64,000 bases of DNA from Candidatus Latescibacterota bacterium (GCA_965237525.1 CBDEFO010000003.1:96001-160000), one strand, 5' to 3'. Numbered from the stretch's first letter, positions 40,737 through 51,414 are shown. The notes: generated by a model from the letters alone, not told the origin. Translations and numbers: made by a program.

Positions 40737-40976
40737 AATTTAATTCCTTTCATATCCATCTCTGGCTCGGTAGACCGGCACGGGAAATCTCTCAACATCA
40801 ATAAAATATGAAAAAGATGGCCTAAAGTAAAGGGATTTTTGCCGATTGCAAGTCGGTCTTTCTGCGCTCCTATCCCTAACCTGTTCGGCTATCCTTCCGG
40901 ATTGACGTCCGCTGTATTTTAGGTCTGTTCCTTGGCTGTAGCCTCATCCTGAAGCTGTACCTACTCCTCAAAAGAA

Positions 40977-41351
40977 CTATTTGAACTTTATAGCTGTTCC
41001 GGTGGCCCTCGATTCGGTGGACCAATTGAAGAAGTTCGGATGATCCAGGGAATATCTGACGGTGATTATCCCGTCTGCTCCAAGCTTGCGCGCCTCGGCG
41101 ATAAGCTGCTTGTTCAGAAGATCGATAAGGAGTTCATCAGAAGCCGGCGAGTTGATATCCACAACCCCGAAAAGATAGAACCCCACCCTGTAAGGGTTGA
41201 TCATCCCGATAGGTTCGTAGGGCAGGTCAATGTCCTCAGACGTCACTAACATATCGTCAGTCTCCGGCAATCTTATCGACTGCACAGAGCCACATCCGAC
41301 CAGAAGAAGCATCGTCAAAATAAGAGTGCTTGCCGGAATGAAACTTCTCAT
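40977..41351 (-). CDS. Small lipoprotein, YbjQ/heavy-metal-binding-like fold
   Basis: Lipobox LVGC; EARKLGADGII and ATGTAIK motifs. Confidence 0.7.
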   Translation of the reverse strand: MRSFIPASTLILTMLLLVGCGSVQSIRLPETDDMLVTSEDIDLPYEPIGMINPYRVGFYLFGVVDINSPASDELLIDLLNKQLIAEARKLGADGIITVRYSLDHPNFFNWSTESRATGTAIKFK

Positions 41352-41636
41352 TTCTGTTTTCCCTCCTATAGATATGTACTGTCCTCAACGATGTACAAGG
41401 ATCCTTCCCTGACACAAGGCACATTATGCTTGTGGGCTCTTTCGTAGCTCGGGCTCGTTCAGACGTTTGAAACTAACACTAAGATAGACAGGTAAATATA
41501 AGAAACCTGCAAAGCAGGGACAACGAAAAAAATCGTCATATCACAAAAAAGGAATTTACCATTTAAGAGATCGATCCATTCATCTGCGAATTCCTCCTAT
41601 TCTTAACGCAAAAAATACTTATCTGTAAAATTATCC

Positions 41637-41665
41637 TTTACATTCGAGGATCTTTTTTGTATCTT
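41637..41665 (+). promoter_or_regulatory. Putative sigma70 promoter
   Basis: TTTACA-17 bp-TATCTT upstream of the lipoprotein pair. Confidence 0.45.
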
Positions 41666-41845
41666 GTGTTAGCAATAGATATTTACAAGATCAGGCAATG
41701 TAAGAAATTAGGTAGGTGATGTCTATGTACTTCTGATGAGAGGCTCCAGAAACTCTCTTTCAAAAGAGAGACTACAAAGGCGTGGTCACAGCAGCAGCTT
41801 GCATCTGTCAGCAGGACGGTTTTCCTGCATAAGGGGGGATAAGCA

Positions 41846-42337
41846 ATGAAAGGAATGAAAACAGCAATAGTTCTTGTTGGTATTTTGTCCCTGTACGGGT
41901 GCGGGGTAAGTGAAAAAGACGACCTGATCGAGTATATGGATCAGGTGACTAAGTTGGATGAGTACAACGGAAAGCTTCAGCAGTATGCTGAACTCCTTGA
42001 GGCTCAGAAGGATACGATCACTATAGAGAGTTTAGAACCGATATATAAACTGTTCAAGGATTACAAGGAGGCTCTCTTGCAGATAACGGTTCCCAAAACT
42101 ACCAAGATCAGGTCAATTCACAACAGTTATGAGAGGTTCCTATCGGACGCCCAAAAGTCCTTTATGCCATCTCCTGAACCGACCGAGAATAACATCTATA
42201 AAGCGGGAATCGCACTATCGCGAGCCAGAAAGAGCGTAGAAGGTAGGATACATCTTCAGCTTCAAACGCTCTTGGGGGTGCACGGTCTTCAGGATCAGTA
42301 TCCGCTCAAATGGCCGTCCTCACAAATAGAGGGATAA
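41846..42337 (+). CDS. Hypothetical alpha-helical lipoprotein
   Basis: Lipobox LYGC; GGGGG RBS; paralogous to the next gene. Confidence 0.75.
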   Translation: MKGMKTAIVLVGILSLYGCGVSEKDDLIEYMDQVTKLDEYNGKLQQYAELLEAQKDTITIESLEPIYKLFKDYKEALLQITVPKTTKIRSIHNSYERFLSDAQKSFMPSPEPTENNIYKAGIALSRARKSVEGRIHLQLQTLLGVHGLQDQYPLKWPSSQIEG

Positions 42338-42387
42338 CTTCAATTTCAAGTTATACCAAAATTGCTAAGTTTTCAGGGGGATCAGAT

Positions 42388-42912
42388 ATGACAGGAAACA
42401 AATTTTTGACGTTCGGTCTGCTCGTTCTGGCCCTGGCAGGAGGCATCATTACAGGCTGTAGCAAGGGTGAGGACATAGACCTTATAGCTTATCTGGAAGA
42501 GCTTTCCAGGATAGAAAAATATCCCAGGCAGTTGGAGGAGTACGATAAGATGTTGAAGGAGATGCCTGACTCTATAGCCACTTTGGAGCCGATGTACAAA
42601 TTTATTGACGAGTACGAAACGGCCGTAAAGAGCATAGTGTCCCCCCAGACCAACAGAGTAAGAGCCATCAACGGCCTATATGAACGGTGCTTTAAAGAGG
42701 CTAAAAGACAGCTTACAAATGCCACAAAGCCGGATCAATACAGCATTTTAAGGACGGGAGACGCCTTCAGTAAAATAAGGGACGTGGTGGTTGAAAAGGT
42801 CTATCCTAATATCAGGGTAATGCTGGAGGAGTTTAATCTTCAGGTTAAGTATTCAGTGGAGTGGCCCAAGATAGAAAAGGAGGTTATAGCCGACATTCAG
42901 GAGGAACTATAA
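42388..42912 (+). CDS. Hypothetical alpha-helical lipoprotein (paralog)
   Basis: MTGNKF start; lipobox ITGC; shares DLIxY, PxTxxxRxIxxxYER and YxxxWP with the previous gene. Confidence 0.75.
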   Translation: MTGNKFLTFGLLVLALAGGIITGCSKGEDIDLIAYLEELSRIEKYPRQLEEYDKMLKEMPDSIATLEPMYKFIDEYETAVKSIVSPQTNRVRAINGLYERCFKEAKRQLTNATKPDQYSILRTGDAFSKIRDVVVEKVYPNIRVMLEEFNLQVKYSVEWPKIEKEVIADIQEEL

Positions 42913-43172
42913 TGAGAGTGGATGTAAGGCTTTTCTCTTACTTTAGGGACTATCTTCCACAGGGAAGTAATGGGGGAAAAGCAAGGTTAGATCTGCCCGA
43001 TAACTCAGATGTAAGGGGTATCTTCAAAAAACTGAGCTTGCCCGTTCCACTGATAGATAACGATACGAATCTCCCGTTTATCATACTCATAAACGGCCAG
43101 AAGGCTTCTTTGGATCACACGCTCGAAGAGGGGGACGCGGTGAGTTTGTACCCTCCCATAGCGGGGGGCTAG
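42912..43172 (+). CDS. MoaD/ThiS-family ubiquitin-like sulfur carrier protein
   Basis: MRVDVRLFS...ILING...LEEGDAVSLYPPIAGG ending in a C-terminal GG; TAATG overlap with the previous gene. Confidence 0.88.
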   Translation: MRVDVRLFSYFRDYLPQGSNGGKARLDLPDNSDVRGIFKKLSLPVPLIDNDTNLPFIILINGQKASLDHTLEEGDAVSLYPPIAGG

Positions 43173-43389
43173 AAGTGGCTCTTAGCACTGAATTTCCCTC
43201 TCTTCTGGTCTTGGATTTAGGCTGGAGATCAGGAAAGGGCAAGAATCTCTTGCCGCTAGAGTTGTCTTCTAAAAAGGGAGCGGATCAGCTCCTATGAATG
43301 GCAACGCGGGTTGCGTCAGGCGAACCGATGGCTCAGGGACCAACCTTAGCCCTTCCCAATTTCCCCACACGCTACAACATGATATCCAT

Positions 43390-44736
43390 CTAAACCCGTA
43401 CAAGTTTCGCTACTACTTCAATGTGCGGTGTGTGGGGAAACATATCCACAGGCTGAAGGACTTCAACTTTATAACCTGAAAAACTGAGTATCCTCAAGTC
43501 GGCAGCTAGGGATTCTGGGTTGCAGGAAACACAGACGATCCTGGCGGGAGACAGTCTCGAAAGTGCCCTGCACGCCTTCTTATGCATCCCTTCTCTGGGA
43601 GGGTCAACTACTGCCACATCGAAGAACTCTCCCGTCTGCAAAAATCGGGGCAGAATCTCCTTAACGTCGCCATATATGAACTCGCAATTAGAGATTTCGT
43701 TCTGCGTTGCATTCTGACTTGCATCCTCAACAGCACTTTCTACAAGTTCCACTCCGACCACACTCTTTGCCTTCCTCGAAAGGAATAGGGAGATAGCCCC
43801 AGTCCCGCAATAAAGGTCCAATACATCCTCGTCCCCCTTCAAATCGGCGAATTCCAGAACGATATCGTATAACTCTTCAGACTGAAACGAGTTGGTCTGG
43901 AAGAAAGAGTTCGCTGAAATCTGGAACGATAGTCCCCCGATATTTTCGACGATATAACCTCGTCCGTCCAAGATCTCCTCCCTTAATCCCACAGCGATCT
44001 GCGACTTCTCAGGATTGACGTTCCAAAGCAGGCTCTTTACGTCGTGTCGCTTTGTAATGTAACGCGCCAAATCTTCCTTATCCTTGAATTCCTCATCAGA
44101 CGTTACGAGATTTACCATCACCTCGCCTGACCCCTTTCCCTCCCTTATAGTCACAAATCTTAGAAGGCCTTCGTGGCTCTTAAGGTCATATATGGAAAGT
44201 TTCTTGCTTTCGACAAAATTTCTTATGTCTTCGACTATAGAGTTCGATTCCTCCGACTGGAGATAGCATTTATCCAGATTAAAGACCAAGTCGTACCTTC
44301 CCTGGACGTGCAGTCCTAAAACAGGTCGGTTCTCCTTGTCTGACCCGAACGAGAATTCCATCTTATTGCGGTAGAAAAATATATTCTTGCTTCCTATAGG
44401 CTCGGCCACATCCAACCCATCGAAACCTGCTCTCTTCAGGGCGTTCTTCACTACCCTGCTTTTGAGCTTTAACTGCTCCTTGTATTCAATATCCTGCCAC
44501 TTACATCCGCCGCATTCATGGAAATGTCCGCATCTGGGCTCTATACGGGGGATGCCCTCCTTCAATATGGTTACAGTCTCAGCCTCTACAAAGCCCTTTC
44601 TTCTCCTTTTGATTTTAGCTCTTACCACGTCCCCCGGCAGAGCCCCTTTCACCCTGAAGATCTGCGAATCTATACTTCCTATTCCATCGCCCTTTGTAGA
44701 AATATCCTCGATTGTAAGTTCTACCAGTCTTTTCAT
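43390..44736 (-). CDS. rlmD: 23S rRNA (uracil-5)-methyltransferase
   Basis: TRAM domain, CGHFHECGGC, SFFQTN, DLYCGTG, DPPR, VSCNP and DMFPHTPHIE motifs. Confidence 0.93.
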   Translation of the reverse strand: MKRLVELTIEDISTKGDGIGSIDSQIFRVKGALPGDVVRAKIKRRRKGFVEAETVTILKEGIPRIEPRCGHFHECGGCKWQDIEYKEQLKLKSRVVKNALKRAGFDGLDVAEPIGSKNIFFYRNKMEFSFGSDKENRPVLGLHVQGRYDLVFNLDKCYLQSEESNSIVEDIRNFVESKKLSIYDLKSHEGLLRFVTIREGKGSGEVMVNLVTSDEEFKDKEDLARYITKRHDVKSLLWNVNPEKSQIAVGLREEILDGRGYIVENIGGLSFQISANSFFQTNSFQSEELYDIVLEFADLKGDEDVLDLYCGTGAISLFLSRKAKSVVGVELVESAVEDASQNATQNEISNCEFIYGDVKEILPRFLQTGEFFDVAVVDPPREGMHKKACRALSRLSPARIVCVSCNPESLAADLRILSFSGYKVEVLQPVDMFPHTPHIEVVAKLVRV

Positions 44737-44842
44737 ATGGCATCAAATGTAGAAGGGCAACTCGAACGATGTCCGCTTTGCCCTTCTTTGCTAACTTTAG
44801 AAATGTTGCGCCCTTAGCATATTTTCTTCTTGAAGAACCGAC

Positions 44843-45529
44843 CTAATCTTTGTCAGAAGTTTTATCGGCATCACCCTTAGTAGTGGACGTTCTACTCCCG
44901 GTAGATTTTCTTCCGCTCGAAATGGATGCTCTATCCTGCTTTTTCTTCGCCTCGGCTTCAACTGGAGCTTTCTTCTTGCTGTCCTCTACTTTCTCTATTT
45001 CATCGGTTTCCTGTTCTTGGGTCTCCTCTTGGACAGCGGCTACTTTACTCTCCTTTTCTTCCCCCTCTACCGTCTCGACATCCCCTTTTTCCGTCTCCTT
45101 TTTAACCTGTTCGACTGTTTCAACTTCCTCCACTGCTTCGGTTTTCTGGACTGCCTCCTCTCCATCTCCCGCCTTGCTCTCTACGAACTCTATTATTGAG
45201 AGCTTTGCCCCATCGCCCTTCCGCTGACCTAATTTAACAATCCTGAGATACCCTCCGTTTCGATCGTCAAATCTTGTGGCTATGTCATCGAACAGTTTTG
45301 CCACCAAAGATTTGTCCTTGATGACCTTTAGAACTTGTCTTCTGGCGTGCAGATCACCTCTTTTTGCCAAGGTTATCAATCGCTCCACAACCCGCCTTAG
45401 TTCCTTTGCTTTGGCGTCCGTAGTCCTTATCGACTCTTTGTTCACCAAAGACGTGGCCGTATTTGATAACATAGCCTTCTTATGACTGGCGGTCCTATTC
45501 AGTCTATTTCCTCTATTACGATGTCTCAT
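44843..45529 (-). CDS. rplQ: 50S ribosomal protein L17 with a long C-terminal extension
   Basis: MRHR...ITLAK...RNGGYLRI core followed by an E/K-rich tail. Confidence 0.96.
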   Translation of the reverse strand: MRHRNRGNRLNRTASHKKAMLSNTATSLVNKESIRTTDAKAKELRRVVERLITLAKRGDLHARRQVLKVIKDKSLVAKLFDDIATRFDDRNGGYLRIVKLGQRKGDGAKLSIIEFVESKAGDGEEAVQKTEAVEEVETVEQVKKETEKGDVETVEGEEKESKVAAVQEETQEQETDEIEKVEDSKKKAPVEAEAKKKQDRASISSGRKSTGSRTSTTKGDADKTSDKD

Positions 45530-45557
45530 CTATAGTTTACCAGGTCTGTATATCGTG

Positions 45558-46550
45558 TCAATCTGCCTTGTCTGTTGACTCCAGTTGGTACTTGGACACA
45601 TCCATGCCGAGGCTCAGACTCAACTCGTCCAGAGTGGAGACCAGCTCGTTGAGAGATTTCCTGCCGAAGTTCGTGTATTTGAGCATGTCCTCTTCTGACT
45701 TGTGGACCAGATCCCCTAAAGTCTCTATCCCCGCAGCTCTCAGACAGTTAGCCGACCGAACCGAAAGTTCCAGTTCATCTACAGACATCCGCAAAAGATT
45801 CCGTATCTTTTCTTCCTCTTCGTCTATTTCTTCCTCTTCTATCTCCTCCGGTTCCTCCTCAAAATTGATGAACAGTTCCAGATGATCTTTCAATATCTTG
45901 GCCGCGAACGCTAAAGCGTCGTCCGGCTGCATGGTTCCATTCGTCCAGATCTCCAAGATCAGCTTATCGTAATCTGTCCTTTGGCCTACCCTTGCATTTT
46001 CCACATGGTAGTTGACCTTCTGTATCGGGGAGAAGAGAGAGTCCACGGTTATAGTTCCTACGGGATCATCTTCAATTTTGTTCTCCTCTGCAAAGACGTA
46101 CCCTCTACCGCTTCCTATCACGATCTCCGCCTCGAAGTAAGCGTCCTTCCCCAACGTTGCTATATGAAGGTCGGGATTTAATATCTCTACTTCGGGATCT
46201 ACCTGAAGATCTACGGCTTTAAGGTCGTCCGGACCGCCCTTTTCGACTATTATCGCCTTATCCTCGTCTGAGTGTAGCTTAACGTTTACTTGTTTCAGGT
46301 TCAATATGATCTCAGGTACATCTTCAACGATGTTCTGCATAACGGAGAATTCGTGTTGAACGCTATCTAATCTCACGGACTTGATTGCGGCTCCCTGGAT
46401 CGATGAAAGCAGAGCGCGCCTAAGGGCGTTTCCCAGAGTAATTCCGAATCCTCTTTCGAGCGGCTGAACCACGAACTTGCCGTAATTATTGGAAAAATCG
46501 GACTCATCAAACTCAACTGCCTTGGGCATCTGAATACTTTTCAATTTCAT
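45558..46550 (-). CDS. rpoA: RNA polymerase alpha subunit
   Basis: PLERGFGITLGNALRR and LELSVRSANCL motifs. Confidence 0.98.
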   Translation of the reverse strand: MKLKSIQMPKAVEFDESDFSNNYGKFVVQPLERGFGITLGNALRRALLSSIQGAAIKSVRLDSVQHEFSVMQNIVEDVPEIILNLKQVNVKLHSDEDKAIIVEKGGPDDLKAVDLQVDPEVEILNPDLHIATLGKDAYFEAEIVIGSGRGYVFAEENKIEDDPVGTITVDSLFSPIQKVNYHVENARVGQRTDYDKLILEIWTNGTMQPDDALAFAAKILKDHLELFINFEEEPEEIEEEEIDEEEEKIRNLLRMSVDELELSVRSANCLRAAGIETLGDLVHKSEEDMLKYTNFGRKSLNELVSTLDELSLSLGMDVSKYQLESTDKAD

Positions 46551-46728
46551 ACGGATCTATCTCCCGGAAATTCAGTACCTCTATCTAGCATCGATGCTTT
46601 GTGCAAAAACGCTGCATCCACTCAACCTTTGTAGTTTAGTTCTGCAGCTTTTCGCGCCTCTGTGGTCGATGTGGTAAGATTCTGTTACATCTATGATATT
46701 AAAGTCGAGGATTCCCGATCAAAGATCG

Positions 46729-47358
46729 CTACCTTGAGTAGAACTCCACAATCAGCTGTTCTTCGGCCGGAGTTGGGATGTCCTCCCTGGTGGGGATCGC
46801 AAGCAAAGTGCCTGTCAGATTCGCCTTGTCTACAGAAAACCATGAAAGTTCCTGTTCCGGAACCATCCTACTCAAAGAGGCATGGATCATCTCCATCTGT
46901 CTGCTTTTCTGTTGTACCTTGATCGTATCCTCTACACAGACCAGATAAGATGGAATGTCAACCAACTTGTCGTTTACCAGAATATGCCTGTGTCTCACTA
47001 ATTGCCTGGCCGCCTTCCGGGAAGGCGCGAATCCAACTCTATAGACGATGTTATCCAGACGTCTCTCAAGCAGTCTCAACAGATTCTCTCCCGACTCTCC
47101 CTTCTGTCTGGACGCCTTTTGGAAATACTTCTTGAATTGCTTCTCCAATATCCCGTAGGTTCTTTTGACCTTCTGCTTTTCCCTCAGTCTGATTCCGTAT
47201 TCGGAAAGTTTTCTTCCGTGACGTTGACCATGCTGGCCCGGACTGTAGGCTCTCTTTTGGATAGCGCACTTGTCCGAGAAACATCGCTCTCCCTTCAAGA
47301 AGAGCTTGGCTCCCTCACGTCTGCACAACTTGCAGTTGGCATCAGTGTATCTTGCCAT
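46729..47358 (-). CDS. rpsD: 30S ribosomal protein S4
   Basis: MARYT...CKLCRRE, LERRLDN and IVEFYSR motifs. Confidence 0.98.
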   Translation of the reverse strand: MARYTDANCKLCRREGAKLFLKGERCFSDKCAIQKRAYSPGQHGQRHGRKLSEYGIRLREKQKVKRTYGILEKQFKKYFQKASRQKGESGENLLRLLERRLDNIVYRVGFAPSRKAARQLVRHRHILVNDKLVDIPSYLVCVEDTIKVQQKSRQMEMIHASLSRMVPEQELSWFSVDKANLTGTLLAIPTREDIPTPAEEQLIVEFYSR

Positions 47359-47375
47359 TTAAGATCCCCTAATTA

Positions 47376-47434
47376 AGTAGACAGTAGTCAGTAGACAGCA
47401 TACAGGAACTACCCCTATCTCTGACTGCCTACTG
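47376..47434. repeat. Heptamer tandem repeats in inverted arrangement
   Basis: agtagac-agtagtc-agtagac-agcatac followed by ctgactgcctactg. Confidence 0.65.
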
Positions 47435-47519
47435 GGCTAACACTCCGGTCGCCCCTGCTAAACTTTTCGTGGGTGGGTAGATGGGCCCCGTCAACTGTTT
47501 GCTGTCTCCTTGTTATATG

Positions 47520-47906
47520 TTACACCCTCCGTCTTTTGGGGGGACGACATCCGTTATGAGGAATAGGTGTTACGTCCCTTATTGCTGTGATTTCAAGTCC
47601 GGCGGTCTGAAGCGCTCTAACTGCCGATTCTCTGCCTACACCTGGACCCTTTACCCAGACCTCTACTCTCCTTAAGCCTAAGGCCATAGCTTCCTTAGCA
47701 GAAGCATCCGCTGCCAGTGAAGCTGCGTAAGGTGTGCTCTTCCTTGAGCCCTTAAATCCCACCTTACCGGTGGATGCCCACGCTATCACATGGCCGTCCC
47801 GGTCTGTTAGAGTGACTATGGTATTGTTAAAGGTCGCCTTTATGTGAGCGATCCCATCGGCATCCACCTTCTTGGCTTTCTTTGATCTCCTCTCAGGCGG
47901 TGACAA
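47520..47906 (-). CDS. rpsK: 30S ribosomal protein S11
   Basis: FNNTIV and [15 protein letters not shown] motifs. Confidence 0.98.
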   Translation of the reverse strand: MSPPERRSKKAKKVDADGIAHIKATFNNTIVTLTDRDGHVIAWASTGKVGFKGSRKSTPYAASLAADASAKEAMALGLRRVEVWVKGPGVGRESAVRALQTAGLEITAIRDVTPIPHNGCRPPKRRRV

Positions 47907-47918
47907 ATCTCATTCTCC

Positions 47919-48287
47919 TCATCTTTTTCCCTTTATAATCGGGCGTCTTGGACCCTTGCGCGTCCTGGCATTTGTATGTGTCCTTTGACCTCTGGCCGGC
48001 AATCCCCTGCGGTGCCGCAAACCCCGATAGGTACCGATGTCCATAAGCCTCTTTACATCCATGTCCACATCGGCCCGCAGGCTCCCTTCGACCTTATAAT
48101 TGGACTCAATAGCCGTCCTGAGCTTATTAATCTCCTCCTCCGTAAGGTTTACGATTCGGGTATCTGGATTTAAACCTGCCTGGCCTAAAATCTTATTGGA
48201 ACTGGATCTGCCTATACCGTATATATAGGTCAAAGCTATCTCCACCCTCTTATCCCTGGGCAAATCAACGCCAGCTATCCTTGCCAA
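47919..48287 (-). CDS. rpsM: 30S ribosomal protein S13
   Basis: [10 protein letters not shown] and [14 protein letters not shown] motifs. Confidence 0.98.
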   Translation of the reverse strand: MARIAGVDLPRDKRVEIALTYIYGIGRSSSNKILGQAGLNPDTRIVNLTEEEINKLRTAIESNYKVEGSLRADVDMDVKRLMDIGTYRGLRHRRGLPARGQRTHTNARTRKGPRRPIIKGKR

Positions 48288-48443
48288 GATGAATCCCCTC
48301 CTTAAAGTTGAAGTTCAACCTGCTTTATAACCCGCTGCAAAGTTGCCAATCGCTCTATAACCTGGCGGGCTATTCAGTTTCCGCAAAAGCGTCTCTACGC
48401 CTACGCTTCGACAGGATCAATGTGGTGTTTAAACGACACTCAC

Positions 48444-48593
48444 TTACTTCTTTCTCTGCGCAGAGCTGAATGACCCTGGGCCCTGTCTCTGCTTATGCCT
48501 TGGATTGGCGCTGCATATAACCCTTAAGACACCTTTCCTTTTTATTATTTTGCAGGAGGTACATCTCCTCCTTATAGACGCCTTAACCTTCAT
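48444..48593 (-). CDS. rpmJ: 50S ribosomal protein L36 (49 aa, C-terminally extended; missing from the ORF track)
   Basis: Hand translation: [49 protein letters not shown]. Confidence 0.95.
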   Translation of the reverse strand: MKVKASIRRRCTSCKIIKRKGVLRVICSANPRHKQRQGPGSFSSAQRKK

Positions 48594-48613
48594 AGATTCT
48601 TATCTTTCCTATA

Positions 48614-48759
48614 GGACCCCAAAGAGGCGGCATACGCACTGCAGAGGCAGCGTAGGCACTGCGTGAATTCCTCCATTCGTCCTTGCACGGAGCACGAAGT
48701 ACCAGCAACATTGTCAACAGCCCACGAAATGGAGAAGTGGTCGGAGAACTTTTTCGGGA
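48614..48759. repeat. Family-C intergenic element
   Basis: Shares cccca..., gcgtrggcactgcgtg, cggagc..acgaagt and agaacttt..ggg with 53245-53366. Confidence 0.6.
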
Positions 48760-48775
48760 AAACTTGTCATAGACG

Positions 48776-48994
48776 TCACTTGTAGCGATACACAATCCTG
48801 CCTCTGTCCAGGTCGTAAGGAGACAGTTCTACAGTCACCTTGTCCCCTGGAAGGACACGGATAAACTTTATTTTCATCTTCCCGGATGTGTATGCCAGGA
48901 CGGTGTGTCCGTTTTCTAACTCCACCTTGAACATATCGTTTGGGAGCGCCTCGATAGCTGTTCCTTCAACCTTGATTGCCTCTTCCTTTGGCAT
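48776..48994 (-). CDS. infA: Translation initiation factor IF-1
   Basis: EALPN, SGKM and [13 protein letters not shown] motifs. Confidence 0.97.
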   Translation of the reverse strand: MPKEEAIKVEGTAIEALPNDMFKVELENGHTVLAYTSGKMKIKFIRVLPGDKVTVELSPYDLDRGRIVYRYK

Positions 48995-49018
48995 CAAAAA
49001 CGCCTCCGTTATCGAACG

Positions 49019-49660
49019 TTATCGAACAGAAAGACTCTTTAAGATCCTATCGTGAACCTGTTCTATCGTGCCTTCACCATCAATGTCCAGAAGATTCCCC
49101 CTGTCTCTGTAGAACACATTTAAAGGCTCAGTTTTCTCGTGATAGACCTTGAGTCTGGTTACCACCGCTTCTTTTATGTCATCCGTTCTGGACGTCACCT
49201 TTCCCCCGCATAGATCGCATACATCGGTAGATATAGGATCTTTGACGGTGTAATCTTGGCGGCAGACCTCGCACTGCCTGCGACATTCAAGCCTCTCTAC
49301 CAGAATATCCTCAGCGACAGAGATATTGAGAACGAACTCTATTTTCGACCCCAAATCATTTAAGATACGCTCCAGACCCTGGGCTTGATTGATGGTTCTG
49401 GGGAAGCCATCTAACACAAATCCATCCTTACAGCCAGCGTTCAGGAGCCTTTCTCTTACAATATCCAGCATAACATCGTCGGGAACCAGTTCCCCTTTAT
49501 CTGCGTAAAAACGTGCTTTAAGACCCAATTTTGTCCCTATTCTGGCAGCTTCCCTTAGAATATCTCCTGTGGATATCTGGGGTATACCCAGAACCTTGCA
49601 CACTTTCTTAACCTGAGTTCCCTTTCCGGAGCCAGGCGGTCCCAATAGAACAAGAATCAA
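49019..49660 (-). CDS. adk: Adenylate kinase (Zn-type LID)
   Basis: GPPGSGKGTQ, LDGFPRT and CxxC...CxxC motifs. Confidence 0.96.
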   Translation of the reverse strand: MILVLLGPPGSGKGTQVKKVCKVLGIPQISTGDILREAARIGTKLGLKARFYADKGELVPDDVMLDIVRERLLNAGCKDGFVLDGFPRTINQAQGLERILNDLGSKIEFVLNISVAEDILVERLECRRQCEVCRQDYTVKDPISTDVCDLCGGKVTSRTDDIKEAVVTRLKVYHEKTEPLNVFYRDRGNLLDIDGEGTIEQVHDRILKSLSVR

Positions 49661-49663
49661 ACC

Positions 49664-50971
49664 CTATCTCCTGCCCTTCAGTCTGCCCTTTTTCATAAAG
49701 CCGTCGTAGTGGCGCATAAGCAGATGAGATTCCACCTGCTGAAGGGTGTCCAGCGCCACTCCCACTATGATCAAAAGACCCGTACCGCCGAAAAACTGTG
49801 CAAATTTTTGGGCGACATTCATAGACTTTGTTACAAAGAATGGGAATATGGCTATAGCGGCTAAAAAGAGCGCCCCTGGTAGCGTAATCCTCGTTAAAAT
49901 TTGGTCTATGTACTCGGCTGTCCTCTTGCCGGGTCTTATGCCCGGAATAAAACCGCTCCGGCTTTTCAGGTTGTCCGCCGTATCCACAGGATTAAAGACG
50001 ATAGCGGCGTAAAAATAGGTGAAAAAGACTATCATAAGTCCGTAGAGGAACCAGTAGAAGGGCGAATCAGTCTCAAAAAATTCCATCAGCCAGCTTATAA
50101 ATTCGTTTCCCTGGAAGAAGGTTCCGACAGTAGAAGGTAAGAACATAATAGCCTGGGTAAAGATTATGGGTATAACCCCGGCTACATTTATCTTCATAGG
50201 AAGATGCGTGCTCTGTCCGCCATATATTCTTCTCCCCACGATCTTCTTGGCGAACTGGATCGGGATTCTCCTTTGACCCTGGGTTAGCAGCACCACCATG
50301 CCTACTACGCCTACCAACAAAGCGCAAAGAAGTAGCTCAGGGATAATGCCCTTATCGTTTATTCGGAAATAGTTGAATTCCTCCTTCAGCGCATAGGGAA
50401 AATCTGCCACGATACCTATGAATATGATCAGAGATATGCCGTTTCCTATGCCTCTTTCTGTGATCTGCTCTCCCAACCACATGATAAGTACGGTCCCTGC
50501 CGTGATAGTCAACATCGTCAAAAGCGTAAACACGGGGCCCGAATGCGGTACTACCCGTCCTTCTCCAATATTCTGCCAGTAGACAGCCAGTCCCAGAGAC
50601 TGCGCCGCCGCCAACAGCACTGTGCCGTATCTGCTGTACTGATTTATCTTATTTTGTCCCTCTCTTCCCTCCTTCTGAAGCCTCTGGAAATAGGGCATCA
50701 CGGAACCTAAAAGTTGCAATATAATCTGAGCGCTGATATAGGGCATGATCCCGAGGGCAAATATAGTCGCCTTGGAGAAATTTCCCCCTGCGAACATGTC
50801 GTAAAGCCCGAATATCCCCGACGTTGGCGCAAACTCCAAAAGAGCACCAGAATCGATCCCCGGAATTATCACTAATCCCCCGGACCTATATATTACCAGT
50901 ATAGCTAGGGTAAACAGGATCCTCTTTCTCAACTCTGGGATTTTGAAGCTATTTTGAAAGCTCTTCAGCAA
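49664..50971 (-). CDS. secY: Preprotein translocase SecY
   Basis: LGIMPYISA, GIGNGISL and FIPGIRPG motifs. Confidence 0.98.
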   Translation of the reverse strand: MLKSFQNSFKIPELRKRILFTLAILVIYRSGGLVIIPGIDSGALLEFAPTSGIFGLYDMFAGGNFSKATIFALGIMPYISAQIILQLLGSVMPYFQRLQKEGREGQNKINQYSRYGTVLLAAAQSLGLAVYWQNIGEGRVVPHSGPVFTLLTMLTITAGTVLIMWLGEQITERGIGNGISLIIFIGIVADFPYALKEEFNYFRINDKGIIPELLLCALLVGVVGMVVLLTQGQRRIPIQFAKKIVGRRIYGGQSTHLPMKINVAGVIPIIFTQAIMFLPSTVGTFFQGNEFISWLMEFFETDSPFYWFLYGLMIVFFTYFYAAIVFNPVDTADNLKSRSGFIPGIRPGKRTAEYIDQILTRITLPGALFLAAIAIFPFFVTKSMNVAQKFAQFFGGTGLLIIVGVALDTLQQVESHLLMRHYDGFMKKGRLKGRR

Positions 50972-51406
50972 CTATATCACCTCAATGCTTCCGCCAGCTT
51001 GGGTTATCTTCTTCTGAGCTGACTCTGAAAAGGCATTGGCTTTGACGTTTAAGGCCTTATCTATCTTTCCGTCTCCCAGTATCTTGACGGGTTTGTTGAG
51101 ACTGCGTATCAGCCCTGCCATCTTCATAGTCTGGGGAGTAACGTCCCCGTCCAGGCGCGACATATCCTGCACGTTGACTATCTGAAAAACCACCTTAAAT
51201 CTGTTGTTAAAGCCCCTCCTGGGCAGTCGCCTTTGCAGTGGCATCTGGCCACCTTCAAACCAATTTCTTGATTTGGCTCCAGACCGGGATTTTTGGCCTT
51301 TTTCACCTCTTCCAGCAGTTTTTCCGTGACCCGACCCTACTCCCCTTCCGACCCTTTTTCTATTCTTGACTGCACCTTTGGGTGGCTTCAGACTGTCCAA
51401 TTTCAT
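50972..51406 (-). CDS. rplO: 50S ribosomal protein L15
   Basis: GRGVGSGHGKT and FEGGQMPL motifs. Confidence 0.97.
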   Translation of the reverse strand: MKLDSLKPPKGAVKNRKRVGRGVGSGHGKTAGRGEKGQKSRSGAKSRNWFEGGQMPLQRRLPRRGFNNRFKVVFQIVNVQDMSRLDGDVTPQTMKMAGLIRSLNKPVKILGDGKIDKALNVKANAFSESAQKKITQAGGSIEVI

Positions 51407-51414
51407 TTTTGGCT

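Noticed and set aside
41727..41775. Hammerhead-ribozyme-like string CTGATGA...GAAA-ctctctt/aagagag
   Set aside because: Stem II does not close correctly (A precedes GAAA), the required U-H after stem III reads AC, and stem I pairing is poor. An Infernal search would settle it.
43180..43385. Possible structured ncRNA between moaD and rlmD
   Set aside because: No SRP, 6S, tmRNA or riboswitch consensus could be matched by eye.
48995..49018. Absence of map between adk and infA
   Set aside because: This gene is variably present at this position across bacteria, so its absence is not informative.
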